A DNA stretch of 64,000 bases, from assembly GCA_964234715.1 (NCBI GenBank), contig OZ174283.1; one strand, 5' to 3'. The number at the start of each line of letters is the position of its first letter. Within the stretch, counting starts at the first letter, position 1. A model generated the notes under the pieces. It ran no database searches and had not been told where the DNA came from. It saw nothing but the letters and a program-made list of their open reading frames with translations. This stretch comes from Podarcis melisellensis (Eukaryota). Below, piece by piece: positions 51,558 through 63,782 of the stretch. Both the position numbers and the translations under genes were made by a program.

Positions 51558-51731
51558 AAGGGTTGTAGCTCAGTGGTAGGGCATCTGCTTCCATACAGAA
51601 GGTCCCAGGTTCAATCTTTGGCATCTCCAGGGCTGGGAAAGAGTCCTCCCTGGAACCCTGGAGAGCCACTGCCAGTAATGAGCTGGATGGATCAATGGTC
51701 TGACTCAGTTGAAAGCAGCCTCCTGTGTCCA
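51558..51731 (+). mobile_element. Squam3-like tRNA-derived SINE
   Basis: TAGCTCAGTGGTAG A-box, CAGAAGGTCCCAGGTTCAATC B-box, CCCTGGAGAGCCACTGCCAGT, ATGGTCTGACTC. Confidence 0.85.
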
Positions 51732-51935
51732 TAGTTTGTGCCCTGTGAGTGGAGTTGTGAATTGGAGGAATCCATTTTGTGTCAGCTCTATGAATCTATT
51801 AATACAATATCTAAGTCCAAAGCAGTCAAATCTATTTCTCCCTCCCCACAAAAAAAAAAAAAATCCAAAGTGAATCCAAGTGAATTCACCTATATATAAT
51901 CATGTTATTAACATGGTCTAATTAGGAGGTCCTTA

Positions 51936-52177
51936 CAGTGGTACCTCGGGTTAAGTACTTAATTTGTTCTGGAGGTCCGTTCTTAACCTGAAACTGTTCT
52001 TAACCTGAAGCACCACTTTAGCTAATGGGGCCTCCCGCTGCTGCCGTGCCGCCAGAGCACGATTTCTGTTCTCATCCTGAAGCAAAGTTCTTAACCCGGG
52101 GTACTATTTCTGGGTTAGCGGAGTCTGTAACCTGAAGCATATGTAGCCTGAAGCATATGTAACCTGAGATACCACTG
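51936..52177 (-). mobile_element. Tc1/mariner-type MITE, ~240 bp family
   Basis: CAGTGGTACCTC / GAGATACCACTG, TA flanks. Confidence 0.92.
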
Positions 52178-53030
52178 TATTATCATTAGAGCAAGCTTCA
52201 TTTTTGAAATGCCATTCGTCACTTTCCATCGAACCTCAACCAAATTCAAATTTAACTAGGGTTTAACTAGGAAAAGCACTGTTTATTTATCAAGTGTTTT
52301 TGGAGTGTGGGTGTTTTCCAACCAACTATAAGTGCATTGTCTCAAAACTAAGGATCTTCCCCAAGGACCAAGGTCCTTGTTCAACAGAGAAGTAGCATCC
52401 TAGTACTTATGTGGCCTACTGCCCCCACCAAACTCTTAGTCCAGTACACTGTAAAACTGATGGTGCTTCCATGCCCCTCCCCTTTTATTTTCACCAGCAG
52501 CAAAACCACCCCAGTAGAGAACAAAATGTTTTTCTTTCCTTCTCTCCGACTGTCTCCAAGAGTGATGGAGACTGTCAGTGAGGAGCCGAGCATTAGCCTT
52601 TGGCAACAAACGGAGTGGATGAGATTGTCAAACAGAAGCAAGACGTGAACAAAATTGAAAACTGCTTTGTGTTTAATACCTGGAAATGCTACACCGTGCG
52701 CTTCTGGGAATTTCAACTTTGTTTATCATGGAAGGCCTAGTGCATCCCATTGAGCTCAAAATGTCTCCTAAATAAACTTTTATTCCGCTCAAAGGGTGCG
52801 AGAGAGTATCAGCTACAATCTACACAGTAATCAGTGTGGGCCATTTCATGTCTGTGATTGGTACTGTGAATGCTAACTTAGGTCTGTGAGATTATGTGTC
52901 GGTTCCACTGCCCAGTTCTGTTGGCTTTATTCACACTGAGATCTATGTTGGTCTTACTTGCTGTTTATTTTCTGTGAGAAAGATATGTCTATACTCGGTC
53001 TGATTTATACATTACTACCATGTAGTCTAA

Positions 53031-53390
53031 GGGACGCGGGTGGCGCTGTGGGTAAAAGCCTCAGTGCCTAGGACTTGCCGATCGAAAGGTCAGCGGTTCG
53101 AATCCCCGCAGCGGGGTGCGCTCCCGTTGCTCGGTCCCAGTGCCTGCCAACCTAGCAGTTCGAAAGCACCCCCGGGTGCAAGTAGATAAATAGGGACCGC
53201 TTACTGGCGGGAAGGTAAACGGCGTTTCCGTGTGCTGCGCTGGCTCGCCAGATGCAGCTTTGTCACGCTGGCCACGTGACCCGGAAGTGTCTCCGGACAG
53301 CGCTGGCCCCCGGCCTTTTAAGTGAGATGGGCGCACAACCCTAGAGTCGGACACGACTGGCCCGTACGGGCAGGGGTACCTTTACCTATT
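53031..53390 (+). mobile_element. Sauria SINE, distinct CpG-rich (probably young) subfamily
   Basis: Same head; different 3' half (GTGTCTCCGGACAGCGC, GGCCCGTACGGGC); TSD TACCATGTAGTCT (53016-53028, 53391-53403). Confidence 0.95.
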
Positions 53391-53588
53391 TACCATGTAG
53401 TCTGCTTTAAAAAAAAAAAAAGCTTTTGTGTGCTAAGGTGTTCTTTTTCCCCTCCTGTTGCTGCATCGCCATGTGAGGTAAAGCTTTGCTACTTGAATTT
53501 CTGCCCATGAGCCTGCTATTAGAGAGACAGCAGCTGTGTGAATAGATATTTATATATGTATTTATTACAAATTTATAGCACTGTTGTT

Positions 53589-53657
53589 TAGGCCTGGGCA
53601 ATATCTGGTTTTCAACATCGCAATATATTACTAGCTAAACATTACGACATATCAATG
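53589..53657 (+). mobile_element. Possible hAT (Ac-like) terminal fragment
   Basis: TAGGCCTGGGCAATATC followed by ATCGC/ACGAC/ATATC subterminal-like repeats; no matching other end found. Confidence 0.35.
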
Positions 53658-54091
53658 TTGTAGCAGAGATGAGGAGCTGATGAGTTCAAGACTCCCCTAC
53701 ACTAACTGTCATCAAAAAAGAGGAGGGTTCTTCATGAGTTCTCAGCTAAAGTTGAGTATAGAAGAAAAGGAGCAAACTCAGGCACCAATAATTAGGGTTG
53801 CATACTAGTTCTTTCCAGAAGGGTAGTGATATTAGTCTCTTGCATCAAAAGCAAAAGCAGGCAACCTTATTCAAGGATAAAGTAACTCTTGTTTTCTCTT
53901 CCTTGGCTATTGCACCAGTTGAAATTTCAAATGAATATAACATAAAGCTCAGTCCCAAAGGCCGTACAAATTCATATTACAAATCCAAGGGAACCAGGAA
54001 CCTTGTGTGACCATGCCCATTTACATATCTACATTTATCCATACTCAAAACTGAATCGTAGCAGAAATACCCCCCTTCCTGATGATGATAA

Positions 54092-54308
54092 AAAGGTAAA
54101 GGGACCCCTGACCATTAGGTCCAGTTGTGACCGACTCTGGGGTTGCGGCGCTCATCTCACTTTACTTTGACGTGCTTTCGAACTACTAGGTGAGCAGGAG
54201 CGGGGACCGAGCAACAGGAGCTCACCCCGTCACGGGGATTCGAACCGCCGACCTTCTGATCGGCAAGCCCTAGGCTCAGTGGTTTAATCGGCAAGCCCTA
54301 GGCTCTGT
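54092..54308 (-). mobile_element. Sauria SINE, internally deleted and 5' rearranged
   Basis: Tail and B-box present; roughly 135 nt of core missing at about 54165; ATCGGCAAGCCCTAGGCTC duplicated. Confidence 0.9.
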
Positions 54309-55899
54309 TGATAATTCAGGCCCCCAGCTAAGCTTGAAGGTTGCTGTAGAATGAATGGGAGCTTTTTCTTTCTTTTTTGCCAGTATACAAATAGCTGGTT
54401 TTGCTGGTGATACCAGGGACCACATGCAAATTGGTCCCACCTCTGGTTCTTACAGTGGCCAACCAGATGCCTATTGGAGGCTCACATGGAGAGCATGAGT
54501 ACAACAGCACTCTCACCACTTACATTCCTCATCACTATTCTAATCGTTTGTGTTTCCACCGCAGTATATCTCTGTTTACACTACTGGAGCTAAGGCAGGA
54601 CTAAGGTATCCATTAGAATTTCAAATTAAGACAAGTAAGTATGCCAAGAGGGCCATACAAATCAAACTTATCTAAGCCATATTTACAATTGCTTCCCTCA
54701 AGGTTATGCGAAGGAAGCAAATCCATTCCACACATTGTGACTGTCGGCTATTGTCTTAAATATAAAGATAAACACTATTAATGAATCTGTTGATTAATGT
54801 TTGCTAAGCATTTTTGAATAGTGACAACGTACAAATTGTGGTGGGTTATTTTGTGAAGCTTTTCACCCACATCACCCAGTTGTATCCTATCGAAACCAGA
54901 CACACCTGGGAATTGTGAAAGAGCACTGATCTGAATAAACTAATCTCTTTTTATCTGGCCCTTTGAGCATAAAGGAGCTAATTTCAGTTTCATGACTTGA
55001 ACCTATAAAACTTTATCAGCTATGATATTGTATGCTGCAATAGGTTAAAAAAAAACACAACCCAATAATTATAGAAGGGGTATTAATCAACGTTTACTTA
55101 TTATTCACAAGAGTCTTGCCTCATTACATGCTGGCTGGACTTCAGATAGCAAAAGTTCAGGGTAGAGTTGAGTCCTTCCTAGAAACAGAAACTTTGGGGG
55201 AGGGTGAGAAAAGGTTGTGGCTTTATATTACATACTATTAGAAGGAGTTGTTTGTCATCGTAATAGGTGTAGCGCTATCAAGGTCCTGACTACTAGACCC
55301 ACAGATGAATGGAAATTAAATCAAATTGTTTTCAGTTCAGTTCGATTCCACATAATTTCTTCACTGAAGTGAAGAAGGAAAAGCCTTCAAAGCTATTTGG
55401 CTGATGAGCCAGAGGGAATGTGCAGGATTAACTAGAAATCAAACAAAAGTTCTGGGAGGAAGTTCTGGTGTTTAGAACAGTTGCAGATATAGAAACAGGT
55501 ATTTGTCACAGGAACTTAAAGTGGTCTAAGCTCACTACCTTGCTGTAATTCTATGTATTGTTTATTTCTTTATTATACTAGGTGCTGATGGCAGCACTCC
55601 AGATGCTTGAAGCAGCTGGGATAAACCAACAAAACAATCCAAATACACACACACATATCGGTAAAAAGCAAACCAACAATAAGACAGCTTCACACTAGCT
55701 TCACATGTATTACTTTCGAATAGATTTTGCTTTAGGCTATTGTTTGTGCTGTCTGTGGCTTCCTTAACTCTTCTTCTTAAGTGTACATTTGCACAAAAAT
55801 GCATTTTCATGAAACCATCATAAGAATGAGATGTTCAAAAGATACAGAAACCACAGATGTTCCTAGAAAAGGCAAGACAGACTGTACATATTCAGGATT

Positions 55900-57600
55900 G
55901 GTAGATTCTACCCAAACTCCACAGAGATAGCTCTGAGATGACCAAGAAACCATAACAGAGTATGGCAAGGTCTCTGGGTTTAAACTCAACAGACTAAAAA
56001 GAAAACTCATGGTAAAAAAATCTACGGAATCAGGGGGGAAAAGGAATTGGGGGATAGAACAGGATTGGAAGTAGTGAAAAAAGCTAAGTATTTGGGGGCT
56101 AGAGATTACAATGAAAAATTTAAATTTGTTTGAAGATAATTATCAAAGAATCTGGAAAGAAATTAAAAAAGACTTGGATATCTGGTCAAGACTGAAATTA
56201 TCTTTCTGGGGAAGAATTTCAGCAATAATATACTTCCCAAGCTACTCTTCCTCTTCCAGATAATTCCAATAATAACAAGAAAAGACTGTTTCAAGGCATG
56301 GAGGAAGGCTTTGAATAATTTTTTTGTGACAAGGAAAGAAACCTCGTATCAGGCATAAACTTCTAACAGATAGGAGAGGAAGAGGAGGTTTTGCACTTCC
56401 AAATTTTAAAATGTATTACGAAGCCGAGTGCTTAATATGGTTAAAAGACTGGATTCTGCTGGAAAATTTTGACATTCTGGACTTAGAGAGTTTCGGCAAC
56501 AGATTTGGGTGGCATGCCTACCTAGGTTACAACAAGGCAAAGGTCCACAAAGGCTTCACAAATCACAACATTAGAAGCGCTTTATATAAGGTGTGGACCA
56601 CTAACCAACCTTTGTTGGAACCATATACAGCATGGTGGCTGTCACCATTAGAAGCATTTTCAGTTAAAAAAATAAATATGTCAGGGAATTGGGCAATATA
56701 TAACCAACTAGTAAGACAAGAGCAGGGCCAGCTAAAATTGAAAACATTTGAAGAAATTAGGTACCATCTCACGGGCTGGCTCCAATATCACCAACTAAAT
56801 AACATTTTTACCTTGGATAAAAAATCAGGCTTTGAAAAAGAAAAATCAAAATTGCAAAAAGTATTATTAGGAAGTTACAAAAAAAATAGTATGTGATCTA
56901 TTGTTAGAATGGGATCTAAAGGATGAAAAAAATAAAAGAAAAACAGATCAAATGGGCCCAAGGTATCAGACATGCAATAGAACTAGACCAGTGAGAAAGA
57001 CTATTGAAAATTGACGTAAGATTCACTGCCTGTTAAGAGAACATGATGAAGATATTTATAGATGGCACATGACACCGTAGAAGATTGCCAAAATCTATAA
57101 GACCAAATCCAACCTTTGCTGGAAGTGCAGGGAAGTTGAGGGTGCTGTGATGCACTTATGGTGGGGATGTAGAAAAGTAAAAAAAAAATGGAGCTGCATA
57201 CATGAAGAATTAAAAAAAGATGCTCAGAATATCCATAGGGGAAAAACCCGAGACATTCTTGCTGAGCACAGTTGGAAAGGAGGTACCACAAGATAAGAGA
57301 AAACTATTCCTATATGCAATCGCAGCAGCCAGAATACGCCTTGCAAAGAACTGGAAAGGAAATCACATGCCTACAAAAGAGGATTGGTTAATTAAATTAA
57401 CAGAGTTTATAGAATTGGCAAAATCAACTGCGGTAATAAGATATCAAACATACCAGAAACTAAGGGCACAATGGTTATGGTTTGAAGAATATGAACAAAT
57501 ACTGCTGTAAAGATAGCGTCCTGATATGTTTAGACTAAGCTTGTAAGGTGACTTGATATTATACCATAATAGTACTATAAAAAAGTAATTATAAAAGAAG
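55900..57600 (+). mobile_element. L1-clade LINE ORF2 3' portion, decayed and 5' truncated
   Basis: EYGKVSGFKLN, KYLG, WGRISA, LPKLLFLFQ, GGFALPNFKMYY, CCHC finger CWKCREVEGAVMHLWWGC at about 57116-57170, AAARIRLAKNWK; several frameshifts and stops. Confidence 0.92.
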
Positions 57601-57802
57601 GGAGGTGAGTTAATACCTATCTATGTAATCCATTTGCATACTACCTTTTTCCAAAAGAGTTCATGGCAATTCTAAGAGGTAGGTTAAGGGATGAGAGTGA
57701 TTTCGCCTTATGAGTTTCATGTCTTGGCAGTGTTCAGAAACACTGAAGGAAGAAGAAGAGGAGCTAAGCAATCACGAACTCCCAATCTGTGCTGCTGGCA
57801 GA

Positions 57803-58333
57803 TGTTAGGATACAAGTGGAGATATCCCTCCATCATGCCCTTCCAACCAGTGTTAGGATACAAGTGGAGATATCCCTCCATCATGCTCTTCCAACCAGTG
57901 TTAGGATACAAGTGGAGATATCCCTCCATCATGCTTTTCCAACCAGTGTTAGGATACAAGTGGAGATATCCCTCCATCATGCCCTTCCAACCAGTGTTAG
58001 GATACAAGTGAAGATATCCCTCCATCATGCCCTTCCAACCAGTGTTAGAATACAAGTGGAGATATCCCTCCATCATGCTCTTCCATCCAGTGTTAGGATA
58101 CAAGTGGAGATATCCCTCCATCATGCTCTTCCATCCAGTGTTAGGATACAAGTGGAGATATCCCTCCATCATGCTCTTCCATCCAGTGTTAGGATACAAG
58201 TGGAGATATCCCTCCATCATGCTCTTCCAACCAGTGTTAGGATACAAGTGGAGATATCCCTCCATCATGCTCTTCCATCCAGTGTTAGGATACAAGTGGA
58301 GATATCACTCCATCATGCCCTTCCAACCAGTGT
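57803..58333. repeat. 48-bp minisatellite, 11 copies
   Basis: Unit TGTTAGGATACAAGTGGAGATATCCCTCCATCATGCYCTTCCAWCCAG at an exact 48-bp period, with no spacers. Confidence 0.98.
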
Positions 58334-60090
58334 CCATCACACAGATATCCTCTCTGTGCCTACCAAAAGCACAGCAAAAGGGAACATGCTACCACTGGTG
58401 GTATTTCCACCAGTAAGCCCCCAAAACAATGTATTCCAGGAGAAGGATGGAAGAGGACCAGTGGGTCTAAAACCACCCTGTTTTCTGTGAAATTGTTTCA
58501 ATTCAAATAACGCTTTAAGAGTGTTTCAAGTGAATCAAAGCAGTACCATGAGGCAGAGTGTGCTGGCTACCTCAAGCAGCCAGTTTTTGGCATGGGACCT
58601 TTTTTTTTTTTTAAGGAATTTCCACTGGCACAGAGAGGAGGGGATGTCGTAAAAAGAGAACTTTTAAACTATGCCAACAAAGCCTTTTAATCTTTATTTA
58701 AAGGCACAAACGTCTATAATAGATCAATACTGTGATACATGTATTTTAATATTAAATGTCTTTATGCCTCCTAAGTGAGGGATTTGACACATTCTATATT
58801 CTCTGCGTTCAATATCTTTTTCAGACTTTCTCTCACTGTGGCTCCATTTTTAGCAGCCTCAAACAATTCCAGTTCCATTTTATTATTGTTTAAAGATTCT
58901 TCACAGCACGGCTGCTCAGTGTGATGAAAATGAGAGCCCCTTTTCATCTGCGGAAGGTGTTTTGTTTTGTTTCTCCTTTTTGTGCAATGTGCTGATCCAG
59001 TTTTGGTATATCTTTCTAATAATTATTACTCCAAATAAATAAATAAATTATAATGACAGTTCTCAGTGAAGCAGCAGCTCGTCAACATTTTGTTCAGATG
59101 TAAAGAGCTTTCTTTGACGCCTGCTCTCACTCTTGATTCTAAAAAAGGCTCAATCACTTAAAATATTTTGCAGCAGCTTCTTGAATGTTCCTCCTCAGTC
59201 ATCTTTCTTCTAAAGCCCCAAATGTAACTTCTCCCCAGAGGAGAGTTGCCCCTACCCCTTGAACCTTTCCCAACTGAATATCCCTTTTGAGTTGGGACAA
59301 CCAGAAATTTATCCCTTTTTTGTGCTAAATTTATATTGAGCCATTCATCTCAAAGGAGCCTCCTCTTACTCCAAAGGAGCCCCACACATGAAACATACTG
59401 GCAGTTTTGTTTTCAGTCCCTTTCCTAGTAACTCCTAACACGGAATTCACTTTTCTTTCTTTCTTTACACCTTATGCCTTTCCTCCCTCTGTGGGCCTAT
59501 TTCTTCACTCCAACTTATTAAGGGGGCTCTCTCAGTGGGCAATGTGGGCCCTTGGCCCTTGATTTCTGGCCCTACACAAACACACACAGTTGAGATCTAT
59601 ATATATTCCTTTGTTTGACAGCTCAAAAGAAGCAGAAAATTGTCACAGTTATTTATTCTCCTTCGTAAAGAGGTACCCCTTGGATTTTCTGCCTCAGGTG
59701 CCAAAACATCTTACATCCAGCCTGACAATGATGAATCTACTTGGAATTCCCCGGGGGAACTGGGAATTTGTTAATATGGAGGGGCGGTTGGTGTCAGCTT
59801 GTTTTCAGATGCACGTTAGTCGCTCTAACACGCACACACAAACCCTTTTAACTGAATACATTCCCCCTCCCCTTTGGGGATCTATTGCACACTATATTTC
59901 AAAGCATGATAACCAGTACTCAGCTGACAAGAGAGCTGATTTGAAGAAATGGAGCCCCTTAGAGTTCATGCGGAATGCTCTGCAGTTAATTCCGTAGTAG
60001 TACAGCTGTGCAAGCAATTTATACAACTCTTCATACTCCAGATGCTGACTGGAAGAAGTGCAGGGACATAAGTCTCACAAAAGATATCCA

Positions 60091-60816
60091 CACGGCCGGC
60101 CCAATACATTTTGGCACCCAAGGCGAACCACAAAATGCCACACATGCACACCAGTAAAGGAGTGAGGCATAAAGATCTATGTTGGGAACAAGGGTGGGAG
60201 GAGACTGGCAGCGCCTCCTGTTCACCAAGATGCCACTGTTGAAGTGGCCACGGGGGACCACCAATGAGGGCAAAGGTAAAAAGGTAAAGGTAAAGGACCC
60301 CTGGATGCTTAAGTCCAGTCAAAGGCAACTATGCAGTAACGGCGCTCATCTTGCTTTCAGGCCAAGGGAGCCGGCGTTTGTCCACAGACAGCTTTCCGGG
60401 TCATGTGGCCAGCATGACTACACCACTTCTGGCACAATGGAACACTGTGACAGAAACCAGAATGCATGAAAACACTATTTACGGTACCTACCCACCACAG
60501 TGGTACCTATTTATCTACTTGCACTGGTTTGCTTTCGAGCTGCTAGGTTGGCAGGAGCTGGGACAGAGCAACAGGAGCTCACCCCGTCACGGGGATTTGA
60601 ACCACCAACCTTAGGATTGGTAAGCCCAAGAGGCTCAGTGGTTTAGACCACAGTGCCACCCGCATCCCATACCACCAAAGAGGCAGATCTAACCCCTAAG
60701 GAGCACACTACAGCAGCAATGGGTGGTTCATTCCTCGGAGGCCACACCTGCTGTCTCTGTTGATCCTGCCACCTGATGTGGTTGCCTCACCTTGCCTCAT
60801 TGGTGGACCAGCCATG
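60091..60816. mobile_element. hAT (Tip100-like) MITE interrupted by a Sauria SINE
   Basis: Ends CACGGCCGGCCC / GGACCAGCCATG; flanks GATATCCA / GGTATCTA; homologous to 43512-43714. Confidence 0.7.
60273..60668 (-). mobile_element. Sauria SINE, full length
   Basis: (AAAGGT)n tail, core motifs, head ending GCATCCC; imperfect TSD ACCACCAATGAGGGCA / ACCACCAAAGAGGCA. Confidence 0.94.
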
Positions 60817-61977
60817 GGTATCTAGTTTTCTAATATTGCAGAACGGGAGGCCTTCACTTTATCTAACAATCTGCAGCTTTCAGGAACTGGGGAGAGGGGG
60901 CTGCAGCGCAGTGATTCCACCGAAAAACGAAAGCAAAAAAGTTTATAATCCTGCATTCCAGAAAGAAATAAGACTTCTGAAAGGTATAACTTTCATAGGA
61001 GAAAGTTGAAAGTTGGAGTTTGTGACTCACCTCAAGGAGCTGAGTCAGACTTACAATTATAGAGAGCTGACAAGAGTATATAATTAGAGGCCAAATTGTA
61101 GTTGGTTGGTATCAGGGATGCTGTGCTTAAGAAAATATGGTTGAAATATCCTGAGCTCACCTTGGAGAGGGGGGAAATTTTCAGAAGCTTCTGGAGTAAC
61201 AAACTGCCAAAAAGAAAACAAAATAAACCGGTGGCCATGGACAGAATTTCAGGAATACCAGAGAGAAAGTATTCGGGGGGGGGGGGAAACGTCCCAAAAT
61301 GAAACACGCCAGAAGGCAAAAAGTGTTAGAAGAAGAAAACATAGGAGGCTGGATAAGGCATGAAGTGTTGGAAGGAATGTTTGATTTTCACAGTGCTTGT
61401 TAGCATGTGGGAAATGCAGCAACCAAGGTAACTTTGCAGCCAGGAAAATACATAAAATGTGTAAAATAATGCACTATCTATAACAAGAATCAGCCTGGCT
61501 CCAATAGAGAGGCAGATAAAGCATTCTTCGTTGGAATGGTACATGCAGCCAATGTATCACTAGATTATTTTGTTGTAGAAATACTGGAGGCATTGTAACT
61601 TTTAAAGGAGATTATGGGACATGAGTTAACACATAAGCAGAGCAGTGAGGGGGAAATGTGTGATTTCTTTTCCACCACCAGCAGCAAATACACAAGTCTA
61701 CAGGCAAACTTGCTTGCTCAGAGAGTTTTTCAGTAGATGCACCAACCAAGATAAACACCTCTCCCACAACCTCATAGCTGCCATTATAGATTCTGGTGTG
61801 TTCTCTGTTATGGTTCACAAGAGAGCGCTAGATGCACAGCTCATGACATATGCTTCTTGGCACATCCAAACCCCTCTTACCAAATGCAGCAGTCTAGAGA
61901 AGGTGTGAGAAAAAGCTCAGCTGGCCGGCTTGGTCAAGAAGAATAGCCAAAGATGTGTAGAAAAATATGGTGATGTA

Positions 61978-62511
61978 ATCATAGAGTCAGAAGGGACCCA
62001 AGGGTCATCTAGTCCAACCCCCTGTAATGCAGGAATCCCAGCTAAAGCGTCCGTGACAGATGGCCATCCAACCTCTGCTTAAAAACCTCCAAGGAAGGAA
62101 AGTCCACAACCTCCTGAGGGAGTCTATTCCACTGTCAAACAGCTCTCACTGTCAGAAAGTTTTTCCGAATGTTTAGTCAGAATCTCCTTTCTTGTAACTT
62201 GAAGCCATTGATTCGAGTCCTACCCTCCAGGGCAGGAGAAAACAAGCATGCTCCCTCTTCCATGTGGACAGCCCTTAAGATATTTGAAGATGGCTGTAAT
62301 ATCTCCTCTCAGTGTCCTCTTTTCCAGGCTAATCACACCCAGCTCCTTCAAGCACTCCTCATAAGGCTGAGTTTCCAGACCCTTGGTCATCTTGGTTGCC
62401 CTCCTCTGCACACATTCCAGCTTGACAACATCCTTCTTAAATTGCGGTGCTGAGAATTGGACACAGTATTCCAGGTGTGGTCTGACCAAGGCAGAATGGA
62501 GTGGTACTATT
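61978..62511 (-). mobile_element. CR1 LINE 3' fragment
   Basis: [42 protein letters not shown] is the CR1 ORF2 C-terminus; CR1 3' UTR GGGTTGGACTAGATGACC. Confidence 0.95.
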
Positions 62512-62639
62512 CCTATTCCTTTCCCTTTTCTATTATTGATTTGGGGATTAGTCCATCCTATCAGTAATGTAAAGTTTAACAGCAGCCTCCCAACATCTCA
62601 GGCAAGTCTCTCTCTCTCAGCCTTCCACTTGAGATTTTG

Positions 62640-62822
62640 TTCCTAGACTGAGATACCCTTGCCAAAGTGATCCATGCCATTGTAACTTCAAGATTAGAAT
62701 ACGGCAATGAACTCTTTGTGGGGCTACCCTTGGTGTCCCAGTGGTTGCAGCTAATCCAAAATGCTGCCAGAGCTTTGTCTTGTTTCTGTCTGGAATCCTA
62801 TTACACCAATTCCGCATGCATG
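62640..62822 (+). mobile_element. L2 ORF2 fragment
   Basis: IHAIVTSRLEYGNELFVGLPL..LQLIQNAAR. Confidence 0.8.
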
Positions 62823-63076
62823 AGCAAAACTGCACACAATTCGGAGAAATTCGCACTAAAATCCTGGTGGATATTCACAAGGACTTTAAAAAGGAACAAT
62901 GTGGAAATGTGGAGAGCTGAACCTAAGTCAGGGGAAATGAGAAACTGAGAGAAACCGAAATTGAAAAGCTAATTCACACAAACAGCAGATAATACTCTTA
63001 ATGGACTAAGGCAGCAGATATTGAGGTGGGTGCCATATCATTGGGTGCTTCTCAGTGGGGGAAATCCATTCATATG

Positions 63077-63513
63077 TGTCAGGGACCTGACATCGGAGCC
63101 AGAGGTGGAGGCAAGGCTCCCAAGCGATGCTGGAGAAGGGTCCAGCAGGGAGAGAGGGGGCTCATCGGCTGGGGAAGGAAATCAGCGTAACACCAGGGAT
63201 AAAGGGGGGCAGATGGGGGAAGCGGCGAGGGGGCTCCAGGACTCCTCGCCGGAGACCAGCGGGGAGAGCACGGGTCCTCCACTACCCACACCCACCCTGC
63301 GCAGAAGACTTCCGCGCAGGGAGAGTAGGAGGAGACTTGGCGTCAAAGAACTTCTTTGCTGGAAGAAGTTCAAGAAACGCCCACTGACGGATTCTGCTAG
63401 TGACTGAAACAGCCACGAAGTGAAGGGCTGTCCAGCCAGGAAAAGGTTTAACCAGGCAACCTAGCCAGGAGTGGCGGCAACTTACGCACAAGCAACCCCA
63501 TATAACCATTACA
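63077..63513 (+). mobile_element. Solo LTR-like element (Gypsy-like), 437 bp
   Basis: TGTCAGG...TTACA termini; 5-bp flanks ATATG (63072-63076) / ATACG (63514-63518); GC-rich against AT-rich flanks; no canonical AATAAA seen. Confidence 0.7.
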
Positions 63514-63710
63514 ATACGCAAATCAGCACAACAGGAAGAAAGCTAGGATATATTTCTTCCCTGTTACATCTAGTTGTCTATATGCACGGATTGTGGGTTT
63601 TTCTGTTTTACAAAGGAGTGTTCAGCCATGCAGCCGTCCGCTTGCATTCTCAAGAGGCACAGTTAAGGAATACACACTTCATCAACTATTTCTATGAATT
63701 AAGCCTTAGA

Positions 63711-63713
<3 letters not shown>

Positions 63714-63772
<59 letters not shown>
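63714..63772. repeat. (GA)n microsatellite
   Basis: About 29 GA units. Confidence 0.98.

Positions 63773-63782
<10 letters not shown>

Noticed and set aside
51558-51630. tRNA gene (also at 37051 and 45046-45149)
   Set aside because: tRNA-like heads run into SINE bodies and lack an intact cloverleaf
53798-54010. ORF faintly like a Gypsy protease-RT linker (EYNIKLSP)
   Set aside because: Too short and weak; no flanking pol motifs
56411-57510. 161 aa and 96 aa ORFs as host genes
   Set aside because: They are frameshifted pieces of L1 ORF2
57803-58333. CRISPR-like array
   Set aside because: Units are contiguous with no unique spacers, the context is vertebrate and there are no cas genes; it is a minisatellite
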